Positions 22,601-36,000 of a stretch of DNA of 64,000 nt are shown here, in pieces. The DNA lies in the NCBI GenBank assembly GCA_043228905.1, contig JBHGNT010000009.1, positions 11,780,001 through 11,844,000 on the forward strand. Direction: 5' to 3'. The stretch comes from Azolla caroliniana (lineage: Eukaryota > Plantae > Polypodiophyta). The notes beneath the pieces were generated by a model. The model worked only from the letters and a program-made list of their open reading frames with translations, did no database searches and had not been told where the DNA came from. Positions within the stretch are counted from its first letter, which is position 1; each line of letters opens with the position of its first letter. Both the position numbers and the translations under genes were made by a program.

Positions 22601-25367
22601 ATGGAGTACCACGATGCCGATTCATCGAACTCGACATCTCAACTAACTTGGACTTGCTTTGTCTCGGGGTTATAACACCTATAACCCTTTTGCTCTTGAG
22701 CATAGCTGACTAGGATGCATTTTTCCGATTTTGCATCTAGCTTCCTGTGCTTCTCATCCGGTACATGCACATATGCAATGCTACCGAAGATCTTAAGGTG
22801 TCTCAAATTTGGCTTGCGTCCGAAATACAGCTCGTGAGCTAACACCTTGTCACTGATCCGGTTCCAAATGTAGACAATTGTTCGGACTGCCTCCACCTAG
22901 TAGAATTTGGGCACGCTCTTCTCCTCCATCATTGCCCTTTCCGCATCAATTAGGGACCGGTTCTTCCTTTCGGCAACACCGTTCTGTTGCGGTGTGTATC
23001 TGCAGCTAAACTCTTGCCGAATTCCCTTTTGTTGTAGATAACTGTTGAATTGGCCGGAAAAATACTGTTTTCCGCCATCCGACCGCAAGCATTTGATCTT
23101 CCTTTCCGATTCCCGTTCCACCATGCTTTGGAGACTCCGGAAACACTCGAAGACTTCACTCTTCCGCTCAATGAGGTAGATCCATGTGTGCTGCGTATAG
23201 TCGTCGATGAAGGAGATGAAATATCGACTCCCGCTAAGACTAACATTCTGTGCCAATCCCCACACATCCGAATGGATAAGGTCGAGCTTGTTACGGCTCC
23301 GGTTACGTTCGGTGGGGAATGGAAGCCGATGTTGCTTCCCGAGTTGGCAGGCTTCACATACTTGGGCCTTCCGGCCGCTAAACTTCGGCCAACCGAAAAC
23401 AAGTTGTTTTGTTTGCAGGTCTTGAAGCCTCCAGTAATTGACGTGGCCTATCCGTTTGTCCCATAGGTCGATGTTTGATTTGACCTTCTGTCCTTTTGCA
23501 AACAGAGCGGTGCCGACGTCATTGGTGTCGAGGATAAACATCCTCCTGTCTCTGCGCCCTTGCGCAATAATCTGGCCCTCTTCCTCGATGAAGCACCCGA
23601 GGTGCGTAAACCGCACCTGCATCCCTTGGTCGACGATCTATCTGACCGACACCAGGTTCTTCGTGATTGTCGGAACGTGTAATACGTTCATAAGCTTCCC
23701 CTTTTGTCCGACGTGGCTCAAAGGGACTTCTCCGACGTGCACAATTGGGTGAGGAGTGTCGTCTCCGGTTTCAACTACTCCTGGTTGATCTGGTTTCTCC
23801 AAAAAGGAGAACCACTCTTTGTGGTTCGTCATGTGGTTCGACGCACCGGAATCAACATACCACACTTCCTCCGATTTGGAAGTGGTCTTCTTCATCGAGT
23901 TCGCCTCGTGCTTCATCACCAAGGCTGGCCCGTTACCATTCTTGGATCCTCCCGATCCCATCGCGTAGTGCGAGCTTTGCCGGCCATCCTTGTTGGCCTT
24001 GCTGGATCCAGATTTGTCCGAATCGGCATGTTTTCTCCAGCACTCGCTAACTCTATGGCCCTTTTTGCCACAATACCAGCATTCTGTTGCAGATTTGTCT
24101 TGCCGGCCTCCGGCACCGCCTTAACTCCCCTTGCTTGTGGAAGTTCCGGAATTGTTGTCGGCACGTTCTCTGTGCCTTCATTCTTGCTCTTGCTGGCCGC
24201 CTCCATTGCATGCCGACCCACGTCGTCCACCACGGCCACGGGACCGATCCGCCTTCGTGTACAGCATCTGACTGTCAGTGGGTGCGCTAGTTGACGCACC
24301 GGCGTGGTTCTCCTCTACAAGGAGCATCGACTGTAAGTCGAAAAATGACGGTGTATTCTCCCTTGTACACACCGCCGTTTGGAACGCTCTGAACTTCGAT
24401 GCTAGGCCCCCAAGACAGACCTGTACCATCTCATCTTCCTCTATGGTAACGTTGATAGAGGCAAGCGAGTCACAAATCTCTTTGATCCGGGCCGTGTAAT
24501 CTGCTGCTGACATGTGCTTCTGTCGGACATTGCTCAACTCCTGTCGGAGTTGCAACTTTTGGGCTGTTGTGCTCGCGGCGAACACCTTCTTCAGGTTCCC
24601 CCAAGCCTCCTTCAGCGTCTTGGCATCTCGGATGTGGCTCAGCAACTGGTCTCCGACACTGGACGCAATGCAGTACATCACTCTACTTGCCGATTGTTCC
24701 CACACTGGGAAGTCCTTATGTGCCACATCAGGTGCTGTTTCGTTGGCTCCTTCGACGAAACTCCAGTAGCCATGCCCAAGCAGGTACTGGTGCATCTTAT
24801 ACGACCAAGATGCATAGTTGGATCTGTCGAGTTTCTCCACAGGGCGCGAGCTAGCCATCCCTTTATCCATCACTTCTCTATCTGTTGTTTTACGACCTGT
24901 TAGGGTTTGTTGTCAAGCGTTTGTCGGTTGCAGAGGAGGTTCTCAACCCTTGCACTTTGATACCATGTAAACAATTACTTGCGGAAGCATTAGGAAAACA
25001 GAGAAATTAGGGAATACAAAGAGTACCCAGGAGAGACAGAGAGAGTAGAACGTAAAAGCTATATTCAAAAATATATAAAACACTCTATCATTTACAATTG
25101 TGCTCAGTAGAACTATTTATACAAGTCCTCATGGGACTGACAGAAGTACCGCGTACTTCAATGCTCACACGAGCTTCTGACACTTAGTATGAGACTATAA
25201 TTGCCTAGTAGTCTAAACTAATACTAGGCTTCCGGTTACCAACTGGACTCAGCTAACTGGCTCCCCAGTTCACCGGCTCTGTTGCTTGCCGGCTTACCAA
25301 TCCGTCTCGCTTGCCGACTCAGGCTTATTCAGCCGATCCGGCTCCAGTTGAGCTTGCCGCTTTAACA
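19649..25367 (-). mobile_element. Full-length decayed Copia element G; LTRs 24966-25367 (5') and 19649-20050 (3')
   Basis: Matching ~402-bp LTRs. PBS TGGTATCAAAG (minus) at 24955-24965. PPT at 20051-20063. gag 24178-24873 and pol fragments. No matching TSD. Confidence 0.93.
20492..24873 (-). pseudogene. Copia G gag-pol polyprotein remnants
   Basis: ORFs 24178-24873 (gag), 23638-23961 (WYVDSGASNHM), 22897-23622 (INT), 21472-21915 (LYVDD), 20492-21475 (RH). Confidence 0.93.
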
Positions 25368-27159
25368 TCAACAGGTCCTCACATATTCTTCTACCTATCT
25401 AAACATACACTTCTCAACAAGTGATATCAGAGAGACCTCGTTGTCTAGCGACAATGACAAGTAGAAAAGACTGAGAAGGGAAACTATCCGACTTAAAAAA
25501 AAGACCAGGTCACTAACATCCACTTCTAGTAAAAGAATGGTGACACAGTTCGACACGAGTGTAGAAATACGGAAGTACGACCTTTGGAAGGAAATGATGG
25601 AGGATGTACTCATCATTGTTGGGAATTTGGTCCCTCCGGATGGGATCCGGATGAGCTGAAGGAAGGAACTGGACCAGACGTATCCAAAAGGTATCCGGAT
25701 GGATCCGGTGTGAACCAGATCTAAGGACATATATGTAAATATGTTTCTAGTGTGCGTAGCATGGCCACATTTGTAAATAGTCCTAAAGTCATATAAGTAT
25801 AAATATGATTTAGGGCAATCACTTTGTGTGAGTGTGTAAAGATATTGTTGTATAGAGGTTGCAGAGAGAGAGAGAGAGAGATACAGAAAGTCTTTCAGTT
25901 GTAACCGCCGGTTGGCAAAGGCAAAGAGCTCAAGGTCATTGCCTCTGAGTCTCCTATTGTACCCCTTTCTCTTATAGTGATAGTTGGAGTCTGTGGGCTC
26001 CCGTGATTTTTTTCCCTATTAGGGTTTTTCCACATAAACATCCTATGTCCTCTCTGTTGTTTGTGTTATTGTATTAAGACCTCTCCATTTCTGCTTCGTT
26101 CTTCCATTGAGTTTAAGACTCAGTTGTGGTCGAGCGCCATTCCCCTCAAACTGGTATCAGAGCGACGTTTCTAAACCTTGAAGAAAATGGAAGACTCATT
26201 TGGAAGCATGTTCAAGCTCACAGGCTCCAACTACCCAGTGTGGAAGTCGAAGATGATGGACATGCTCATGGTCAAAGATCTCTGGCTGTCGGTATAGTTC
26301 GGGGACCAGAAACCGGAGAAGATCGATGCCACAACGTGGGAGGTGATGCATATGAAGACAACGACATACATTAGATGCTTCATCAACATGAGCCTGTACA
26401 ACAACTTTAATGAAGAAAGTAAGGGTCATGTGCCCTGGGAGAAAATCGGTACCATGCTGGAGAGTAAAAATGTCATAAATCAGGTTTCGGTATTTCGGAA
26501 GTTAGTGAGACTCTGGTACCAGGACGGATCTAGCATGACGGAGCACATGAATGCATTCCAAGGGCTCATAAATCAAACAACCTTGCTTGAACTACCTCTA
26601 GCCGACGAGGTACTCACGTTGTTGTTGCTCGGTTCCCTCCCGGATAGTTGGGAGACACTGGTTGTCACTTTGTTCAACGTCGGGCCGGAAGGAAAACACC
26701 TGTCCCTCAAGAGTAAAGTCAAGCTTTGCTGGATGAAGAAGCTCGTTGGTAGGACCGGGAATCCGGAATCGATCTGAAGGCCTTGATTACGGAAGACGAC
26801 CATAACCGGGGAAGAGGCCGGATTCGAAGCCCCCAAAACTGGGAAAAATTGGGGACGAGGTCGAAGTCAAGTGGGAGACCCACTTGCTTTTATTGCGGAA
26901 AGATGGGGCACTTCTAGAAGAATTGCCGACACTTCCGGAAAGCCAAAGGGGGAGCCCACATTCCGGAACCGAAGAAGATTTCGGAAAGGCGAGGAATGTC
27001 GGCAATCACGACAGGTGAAGAAGAGTTGTTGCTCATCACCGAGGAAAACAAGCTACACCTGGTCAACGACGAAACGAGGTGGGTGGTCAACTCCGAAGCG
27101 TTGTTCCATCTGATCCCCAACCGGAAGTGCTTCTTATCTTACAGAGCCAGAGATCACGA

Positions 27160-27930
27160 TGTCATGGTGTGGCGTGTGTAGTGTGAGAAAAAGCAAAGCT
27201 TCACGCACATCTCATGAAGTAATATATGAATGAAAATTATAATAATAAGAGTAAAGTTATAGTAGCTTAGTGGTTAGGGCTTATAAGTATACATGGGGAG
27301 GTGTAGAGTTCAAGTCTCTCTTTTGAGAATTAAGGAGTATTTTGCTTCCGTTCCATTTTTGTGGTAAAGGGAAAAAAAGCACGTAATGTTAAAATAAGCT
27401 CCTCTTTCCTCTATAAGAGAGGAGCGATAGGGCTTATTTGAGGGTCGCCCATTTTGCCTTAGGGGTGTACCACTAGGGTTTCATCTTCTCCTCCTCTTCT
27501 TCTAGGGTTAGGATTTTGTAGCCTCCCTTTCTCCTTATCCCTTTTTCCATCTTCTTTTCCTTCTAGGGTTAGGGTTTCAGAGCTTCTTCTTTCTACTTTT
27601 CTATCTTCCTCCTCAACATATTAGAGAACTCGAGGTTTAGGGTTTTTATGTTCCTTATGAGAATCTAGGGTTCTTTTTCCTTATGGGTTTTAGGGTTATG
27701 AGTTTTGCATCTACTTGAGAGTTAGGGTTAGGGTTAGGGTCAGGGTTCCTTATACGACGACTTCTTCAACATCTCGATGGTGGTCAACTCGATGGCCGAT
27801 TGCGGAAGGGAGGTTGTAGTGGCACGTGAGCTACTCCGAATCAAGGCAACATAGCTGTCGGAAGTAGCCGAGCTCGGAGCCCACTAGACTCACCTTCACC
27901 ATATTTTTTTGAGCCCTTTTGTGTTGATTT
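27160..27930 (+). mobile_element. LTR-like insertion in the A2 protease region; right boundary unclear
   Basis: Starts TGTCATGG after ACGA and interrupts YRARDH/MGNE. Contains an A/B-box cassette, a TATA-like motif at about 27412 and many TAGGGTT motifs. Confidence 0.6.
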
Positions 27931-28838
27931 TTCTGTCTAGATGGGAAATGAAAGAGCATGCCGAATTATCGGCATAGGAGACATGTGGTTGAGGACATCA
28001 ACCAAATGCAAGTTGCTGCTTAAAGATGTCCGACACGTTCCGCAGGTTCGGTTGAACCTAATATCAACCGGTCAGCCAGATGATGTAGGCTACACAGTAG
28101 CATCTAGAATGGAATCATGAAGTTTTGCAAAGGAAGATCAACACGCTGTACTTGATGCATGCCCAGATATGTCAGGAGGAAGTGAACGTAGCATCTGACA
28201 ATGCCGATGAGCTGTGGCACAAGAGGTTGTGCCACATGAGCCAAAAGGGGATGCGAAGACTTGCCGAGGATAACCTCATTCTGGAGGTGAAAGACGTGCA
28301 GCTTGAGAAGTGCACCGACTGTTTAGCCGGTAAGCAGAACCGAACCTCCTTTCGAACCCGACTACCGTCAAGACAGAATGCACCGCTAGAACTTGTGCAT
28401 ACCAATGTATGCCAAGTGGACCCAAAGTCACATGCCGGATCGCAGGAGTTCGTGATGCTCATAGAAGACCAGAGCTGGAAGCTGTGGGTTTCATCACTGA
28501 AGACGAAAGACCAAGTATTATTTGTCTTCAAGGACTTCCACACAAGAGTGGAAAGAGAAACCAGTCGGAAGCTGAAGGCGGTTCAAGCGGACAACGGAGG
28601 AGCATATCTGGGGCATTTCGAGGAGTATTGCCGGTCGAAGGGAATCTGGCTCGAATTCACCATGGTGAAGACATTGGAACTGAACGAGCTGGCTGAAAGG
28701 ATGAACCGAACCGTAATGGAGAGAGTCCAGAGTATGCTTGCACATGCTAAGTTGTCCAAGACGTTTTGGGTTGAGGCGTTGATGACAACAACCTACGTGA
28801 TTAACAAATTACCCTTAGCACCCTTGGACGGTGTCAGA

Positions 28839-28880
28839 ACACACACACACACACACACACAGTGAGTGAGAGAGAGAGAG
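28839..28880. repeat. (AC)n/(AG)n microsatellite in the K LTR
   Basis: ACACACAC... followed by GAGAGAG. Confidence 0.9.
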
Positions 28881-31800
28881 TTGAAGGGAGTATTAATGTG
28901 GCAATTTTCTTTATTGGAGCAAGTGGAATTTCTTTCCTCAGGGGAGTGCTTGTCTTGCCTATTGGCAATTCAACATGTTCCACTACCCATGTAGTGTAGT
29001 TAGTGGGTGACCATATTCCATTGTCACACCCATTGTAAGTAGTGTTTTTTACACACATTTATTAATATAATTGTGTGTTTTCACCAAAGAGAGAGAGAGA
29101 GAGAGAGAAGTGAAAGGGAAACATTATATTGTAGAGTAAAACATATTACAAAGAGTAGGCAAAAAAGTGCTATAGAATGGCGTTGAACCAATTTAGTTTT
29201 GGGATGATTGATAGATCCCTATTTATAAGTAATATAGAACACTCTAGAATATTCTAGGTTATCCTAGAATGTAGAGTAATGTAAAAGGTTTCTAGAGTAT
29301 TCTAGAAGGTTCTAGCGTATAGAACACTCTACAATATTCTAGGTCATTCTAGAATGTAGAGTAATATAGAATATTCCTATGATATTAGATTATATATTCT
29401 AAAAACTATACATATAAGAATATTAATATAATGGTTAAGGATTTGACATGTGTATAACAAGGTCGTCGGTTCAAATCCTTTCGAGGCATGATGTGAGTGT
29501 CATCATGACGCTATCCCCATTCTTAGACGACACATCTCATGGGTTGTAGGGTTTGTACTAGGACTTGGTTTACAAGGATATTGGCAATGAAATGTAGTGA
29601 CCATGTTCACGGCATTGGTAAGATTTGTGGTAGGTTCCCAAGTTCGATCATTGGGGGTATAGCCTAACCAATTGACCAAGTAATATAGCTTGTTGTGCAT
29701 GATTTTAGAATCTAGAATGGCAACAACCTCAAATTTGGGTCCGTCCAAGAACTCAACAGGTGATGAGGGCATCGTAAGATGGCTCAGAATTGAACTTGAA
29801 GTATAAGGTTCCAAAAGGGATACATGAAACACCAGATGAAGACGCATGTGCGGAGGGAGGCCAAGACAAAATGCAACATCATTTAACTTACCAGTGATCA
29901 TGGGCCAAAACGTTGGTAATCCAATTTAGTACAAGGCCGAGTGATCTTGATGTTGTGTTGGAGAAGCCATACACGATCCCCAACACAGAACTTTTTGGAG
30001 GAGTCTAGGTGATGACAATCCGAAAGTCTCTTGTGTGTAACTTGAGCATGCAAATTGTGGAGAATGGTAGCGTGAATTTCTTGTAGGCAACTAAGATGAT
30101 CCTCAACAACAGGGTTGGTAGGAACGTCTGGATGTGCATTCATCGTCCACCAAGTATGACAACCCGTATTTGCAAAAAATGGGGAATATCCTGTAGAAGA
30201 ATGGGCTGAGTTGTTGTAAGCGAATTCAGCCAAGTGCAAAAAATCAACCCAATCATCTTGTTGATAGTTAGTTGATGAAAAAACGAAGATATTGCTCCAA
30301 TGTCTGGTTGGTATGCTCAGTTTGGCCATTAGTCTCGGGATGATAGCTTGAAGAAAGATTAATTGAAATGCAAAGAAGTTTGAACATGTGCTTCCAAAAC
30401 TTTGAGATGAATTTTGGACCACGATCACTAATAATATCATCTGGCAGACCATGATGCGTAAATACCTCCTGCATAACGAGATCGACCACCTCTTGACTAG
30501 TAATAGACTTCGTACATGGCAAGAAATGTGCCATTTTGGTAAGTGGATCAACCACTGTGAGAATTGCATCGAAACCTTTTGAAATTGGGAGATCGGTAAT
30601 GAAATCTAAGGATATAGACTTCCAAGGATTTTCCGGAATAGGAAGTGGTTGTAGTAAGCCATAGGATCGGTGTCGAGGGCTCTTTGATCGACAACATGTA
30701 TCACAACTATGAACATACACCTCAACAAAATGATGAAGGCGAGGTCATCAATAGTATGGAGAAATTAATTCTAGAGTTTTGGAAACTCCAAAATGACCAG
30801 CCATTAGTGAGTCGTGGGAAAGTTGTAAAACTTGTTGTTTGGGACCATCTTGAACATACAATAGGTTTTGTTGAAACAGAAAATCACCATGCCAATAGAA
30901 TTGACGATAGTCATTACGAGGGTTCTTCGACTGTGAGCAAGAGGCACAATTCAGGACGATATGATCCAAAACATCCTTGGCTAATTCGTTAGTGGCCAAA
31001 TGATCTCGAATGGAATCAAGAAGAGTGGAATCTTCAAGAGTTGTTATGGCATTAACTACCATTAATCGAAGGCGATTAGGACCCAAAAGAATTTGTTTTT
31101 TGATGCTCGAATGCAGGTTCCCCTGGACAAAGTTCCATATAAGAGCGTCGAGAAAGAGCATATACTTTGCCTTGCTACATCCCAAGGTGATATATGATGA
31201 CAAAGTCAAAGTGAGTCAAAATTTGCGCCCACGAGGCTTGTCACCAACTCAAGACTCGAGCATTTTGGAAATAAGTCAGGTTCTTATGATCATTGTAAAC
31301 AATGAAACAAGGATCTATTGAGAAGAACCTTCTAGAAAATGTCACCATTATTGAGAAGAATCCACAATTGCAAGAAGTTCTTTGTCATGGATCTCGTAGT
31401 TGATCTCTGCAGCTTCAAACTTTCGGGAATGAAAGGTGATAGGGTGTAGCTGTCCATCATTTCCAGTCTGCGATAAGCCACTCCCTAGTGCAAAATCAGA
31501 TGCATCAGCTTCAAGGATGCAACGTTTTGTTGGGTCGACATGTGCTAAAATAGGTGCCGTTGTAAACGCTCATTTTAAGCTTTCGAATGCCTCGGCGACA
31601 TCTGAACTCCATATAAATGGTTGTTTTTTGTGTGTGAGTTGAGTGAATGGAAGCACGACCTTGGAATAATCTTTAATTAATTTCCGATAAAAATTTGCAA
31701 ACCCAAGAAAACATTGCACATCGTGCACTTAAAGGGGCTTCTACCACTCTAACATTGCTTGCACCTTCATGGGGTCCATGGCAATACCATATGATGATAC

Positions 31801-33040
31801 TACATACCCCAAAAATTCCACTTAATTTTGGCCGAAACTACACTTTTCTAATTTTGCATAGAGACCATATTCTCAGAGTTGTTGTAGTACTTGACGAACA
31901 TGTTCATCATGCTCCTCTTGGGTCTTCAAGTAGATTAAAATATCATCCAGGTAAACTATAGTGAAGATATTGAGAAAATCTTGAAAAATATCATTCGCCA
32001 TATGTTGGAAAACTGCAGGTGCATTCGTGAGACCGAATGGCATCACAATATACTCAAAATGTCCATAGTGAGAGTGAAAAGTAGTCTTCCATTCATCCCT
32101 CGGATGAATTTGAACTAGATAATATGCACCCTGAAGATCCAACTTCGTGAAATATTTTGCTCCACTAAGACGTTCCAAAAGATTCGGGATTAACGATAGA
32201 GCATATCTCCTCTATCGGTTTGTCTGCTCAACAGGCCCATCTATTGCAACTTTAGTGTTTCTTGACCCATCGGTTCCTCCGTGTCGGTGTCGACTTCCGT
32301 TGGGTTCTTGCCCGTTTGGCCTCTAGTTGATTCGGCTCCTTCGAATCAAACTCCTCTCGCGAATTGGTTGCCTCCAATTCGTTCCAGACCTTGTCCGAAT
32401 TGGTTGTCTCCAATTCTTCTTCAACCTTCAGGCCCTTCACCACGTCGGACCACGTCCGGGTCTTGGCCTTCTCCTTCCGGTCGGCTCTACCCCTTCTTGA
32501 CTCTACCGCCGTCACCATTTGTTCCGATTGAATGTGCTTGTTAGCCAGCCGGCAAGGAGCGGAGGACAATCTAGAATGTGAAAGAGCAAGAATTATCGGA
32601 GGCTGTTATTAGAATAATTAGTAATTAAGTATATTTTGAGAAGTGAACGGACGGACCGGAATCGGTATGCCGATCCGGATCCGGACCGGTTCATATCAGT
32701 GTGCCGGATGGCACCGTTTTGTATGCAGAGCCTGTGATCTATAAAAAGGCCCGGTTACATTGTAAATCGAGACGGATAATTAATAAAGCCCTATTGTCTT
32801 ATCCCTGTGTATTGATTACCGTTCTGTGCTACTTACTTTCTATCTTATGCGTGTATTAAGATTCATGATATGTTGCTTAAGTAGCCGATAAAGGTATGAT
32901 TAATCGTTAGTCTAAGTTACCTCGCCGTAACACCCTTTGGTGAAGTGTCTTCCATAGACACCCTGTGTTAGGCTATTGTCTGGTGCTTAGGAGTAACATT
33001 GTTTTTGGCGACCACGATTCTTGCATAAGCGTAGCGAACA

Positions 33041-36000
33041 ATGGCGGGAATGGATGACTAGACCAACGAACGGATCGAGCAAGGAGACTTGCTGAGCGGC
33101 TGCGGAAGCGAGAGGCCTTCCAGCAGGCGGCGGAAGAGATTTGTGCAGATCAATCATTTTCCAAAGTGGTCCGGTGAGTGGCTGAGGAGTCAGTCCGTTT
33201 GCAACAAGATTTCCACCCCGACGAAGGAAGCAACTTAAGTAGTCTTCGGGAAGCGGAATCCCTTCTACAGGCATTAGCTGCAGGAGAAGGCGATTCAAAA
33301 CTATTTTCGGCCTTTGAATCGGAGTCGGATGGCGAATATAGCGCTCATTCCAATTACCGTAGCAGTCACGAGACCCCAGACGGATCAGCGGACGAGGAAT
33401 CAGATACCTTACTAATACCAGAACTAGAAGTGACAGAGCTGGAAGCCACAGACCGGCCAAGGTTTGAGCAAACCCCGACACCTGAAGCAGCGGAGGAAAG
33501 ACCTCCCACCGAGGAAGAAAGACCTCCCACAGAGGAAGCAAGACCTCCCACAAAGGAAGCAAGACCTCCGATAGAGGAGGAGGAGAGACCTCCGATGGAG
33601 GAGGAGGAAAGACCTCTAACACCACCAACCCACGTTCCAACACCAGACGACGACATGCCGTTTCAATATCCCAAGTACCGGGATGATCCGGATGTAGAGG
33701 CCCACGTCTATGCATTTCAGTAGACCTAGGAAGCGAATCATGTGTCACAACGCTTAACTGCAGCTAAAGCAAAACGTTCAAAGATGACGGAGTTCGGCAT
33801 GACCCTGGAAGGGTCCCTTGCTAGATGGCGCCTGACGCAAGATCCCAACACCATCATGACATTTGAGGCATTGAAAACGAAATTATAACACTTTTTTCAC
33901 AAAGAGGTGGATCAACAGGAAATGGTCGGCCTATTTTATACCATCTGGCAGGAGCCCTTGGAGAACATTCAACAATTTGTAATCCGATTCCAGAGAATGC
34001 ACAACCAGCTTAGTCGGGCACCATCGGAGGAAGAGACTAAGGCGATATTCCTAGCAGCACTCTGGGAACCCCTACAAACGGTGTGCATAGTCATTGATTT
34101 CCGCACGAGTTCTGTCGACCAGGTCATAGATCGAGTCAAGGAAATGGAAAACTCCAGCTCGTGGCTGACGATGGGGGCACTCCAACGAACGTTACCAACC
34201 GATGAAGACCTCCGATTTTGACAAGCAATTCAATGTGCGACTTGCCTGAATGCCGGACAATCGGCGCTGGATTGCACCATGCGTTCTCAATGCCTGCTTT
34301 GCCATTCCAAAAACCACACAATGAATCGGCAAGCGCCACCGGTCCGGCAAATCGAACCATGGAGCAACCAAGAGGAGGAAGAAGAGCGTTGGCGGCGAGA
34401 GGAGTGTTACTGGCCGGCACAAGATGTCTGATACAGTGACCGAAGAGACGCTTATGACCGCGACCGGTATGATAAATATGATAGATATCGGGACTATATT
34501 GGAGAACGGAATGACGATACAACTGGGATCACTCCCCTAGTTACAACCCACGAAGGGAGGACTATGGCAAGTATGACAACCGGCCCAAACAGGATTACCG
34601 GAACAAAAAGAATTTCAACAAAAAATGGCATTTCAATAAAAAAGGGGATCACCAACGGGAGCCGGACAAGGGTACACCAAGCACCCAACTAGACCAAGGC
34701 CAAGCACTTACAACAGGACCTCAACCGAGTGCCGGAGCGATAGCAGAATCCAGCAACACCCGGAAGGCTTACTGCTACTATTGCCGACAAGAGGGACACT
34801 ACAGTCACCAATGTTCGGCGAAAAGCTACGAGAAGCGACCAACGGTAAACATGGTGGTAGAGGAAGTCGTGGACATACAACAAGTGACCATGAGGTCAAA
34901 AGGAAAAGAAACGGAGTGGGAAACCGAAGAAGCCATCTGGAAGCAAGCCACCGAATGGGTAAAGAAGGCAAATGAGCAGAATGTGGCAAAACTGGAACAA
35001 CAAAAAGAGAATCCAGAGGAGCCCACCGGCAATAGCCAAGCGGAAAACCCAACATGGCAAGCATTGCTAGAATGCCAAATCACGCTGCCATTAGGTCGGC
35101 TATTGTAGTTAGTACCTCGGTTTACGGAAGGACTGAAGACGGGAATGACTGCGGTCGACATGCCACTGGCTTCGGCGTTCTTTTCTAATCCGGAGGAAGG
35201 ACCGATGGTAGTGGACACGAGCAGTCCGGCTATCACAACCATCGTCAAGAGATGAGAGCTACCCGGAATGGTTGTTAACGGAGGATCCGGCCTGAACGTG
35301 ATTAGCCTCCAACTCAATGCACAAGGGGCATACCCACTGTTGTTGGGCCGACCATGGCTAAAAACAGCGCACATCAAGCAAAACTAGCGGAAAAACATAA
35401 TTACTTTCCGGCGCGGCAAAGCGAAAGTACGAGTACCTACACAACCACGTTCGAGTACCGGCAAGGAGCTAACACCGCTATATGAGGAATGTGTCAACAT
35501 ACTTGAAGGATTGGCTGATGAAGAGGTCGATCGGTACTTACAAGAGAATCCAAAAATTGTTCCTTTATTTGAAATTGATGTCGCCGAAGCAGTGGCACCA
35601 TATATAATGCAACCGGAGGATGCCGATGACGAATAGGATAAAAAAGCCATCAGAGACTTATGGCAAGCGTAGGAAGCTTTGGAGAAGGAATTGGCAGTAT
35701 CTCAATGCGTAAAAGCCTCTCGGCTGGAAGAGGTAAACTTAGGCACCGTCGAAGACACAAGACCGGTTCACATCGCCAAAGAAATTACTCCAGAAAGGAA
35801 GACGGCAATGATCACCTTATTAAAGGAGTTTCGAGACATATTCGGGTGGTCTTACGAGGACATGCGGGGGCTAGATCCTCAGTTGTATCAACGCCGGATA
35901 AATCTGAGTAAGGATGCCAAGCCGATGGCGCAACAGCGCTACTGGATGAACCCTAGCTATGTAGCAAAAGTAAAGGACGAAATCGACAAATTGTAATGGG

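Larger units (their letters stand above)
19420..25616 (+). mobile_element. Copia element H 5' end: LTR 19420-19648 plus 25368-25419 (split by G), PBS-like site and gag start
   Basis: TGTTGGAA start, TATATAAG at about 19491, TTCTCAACA end followed by TGATATCAGAG at 25422-25432, then a short gag-like frame (YDLWKEMMEDVLI). Confidence 0.6.

Noticed and set aside
27722-27747. True telomere or chromosome-healing site
   Set aside because: Only about four units, embedded in an LTR-like insert with TE sequence on both sides
32987-33748. 253-aa minus-strand ORF as a host gene
   Set aside because: Antisense shadow of the J gag EEERPP repeat region
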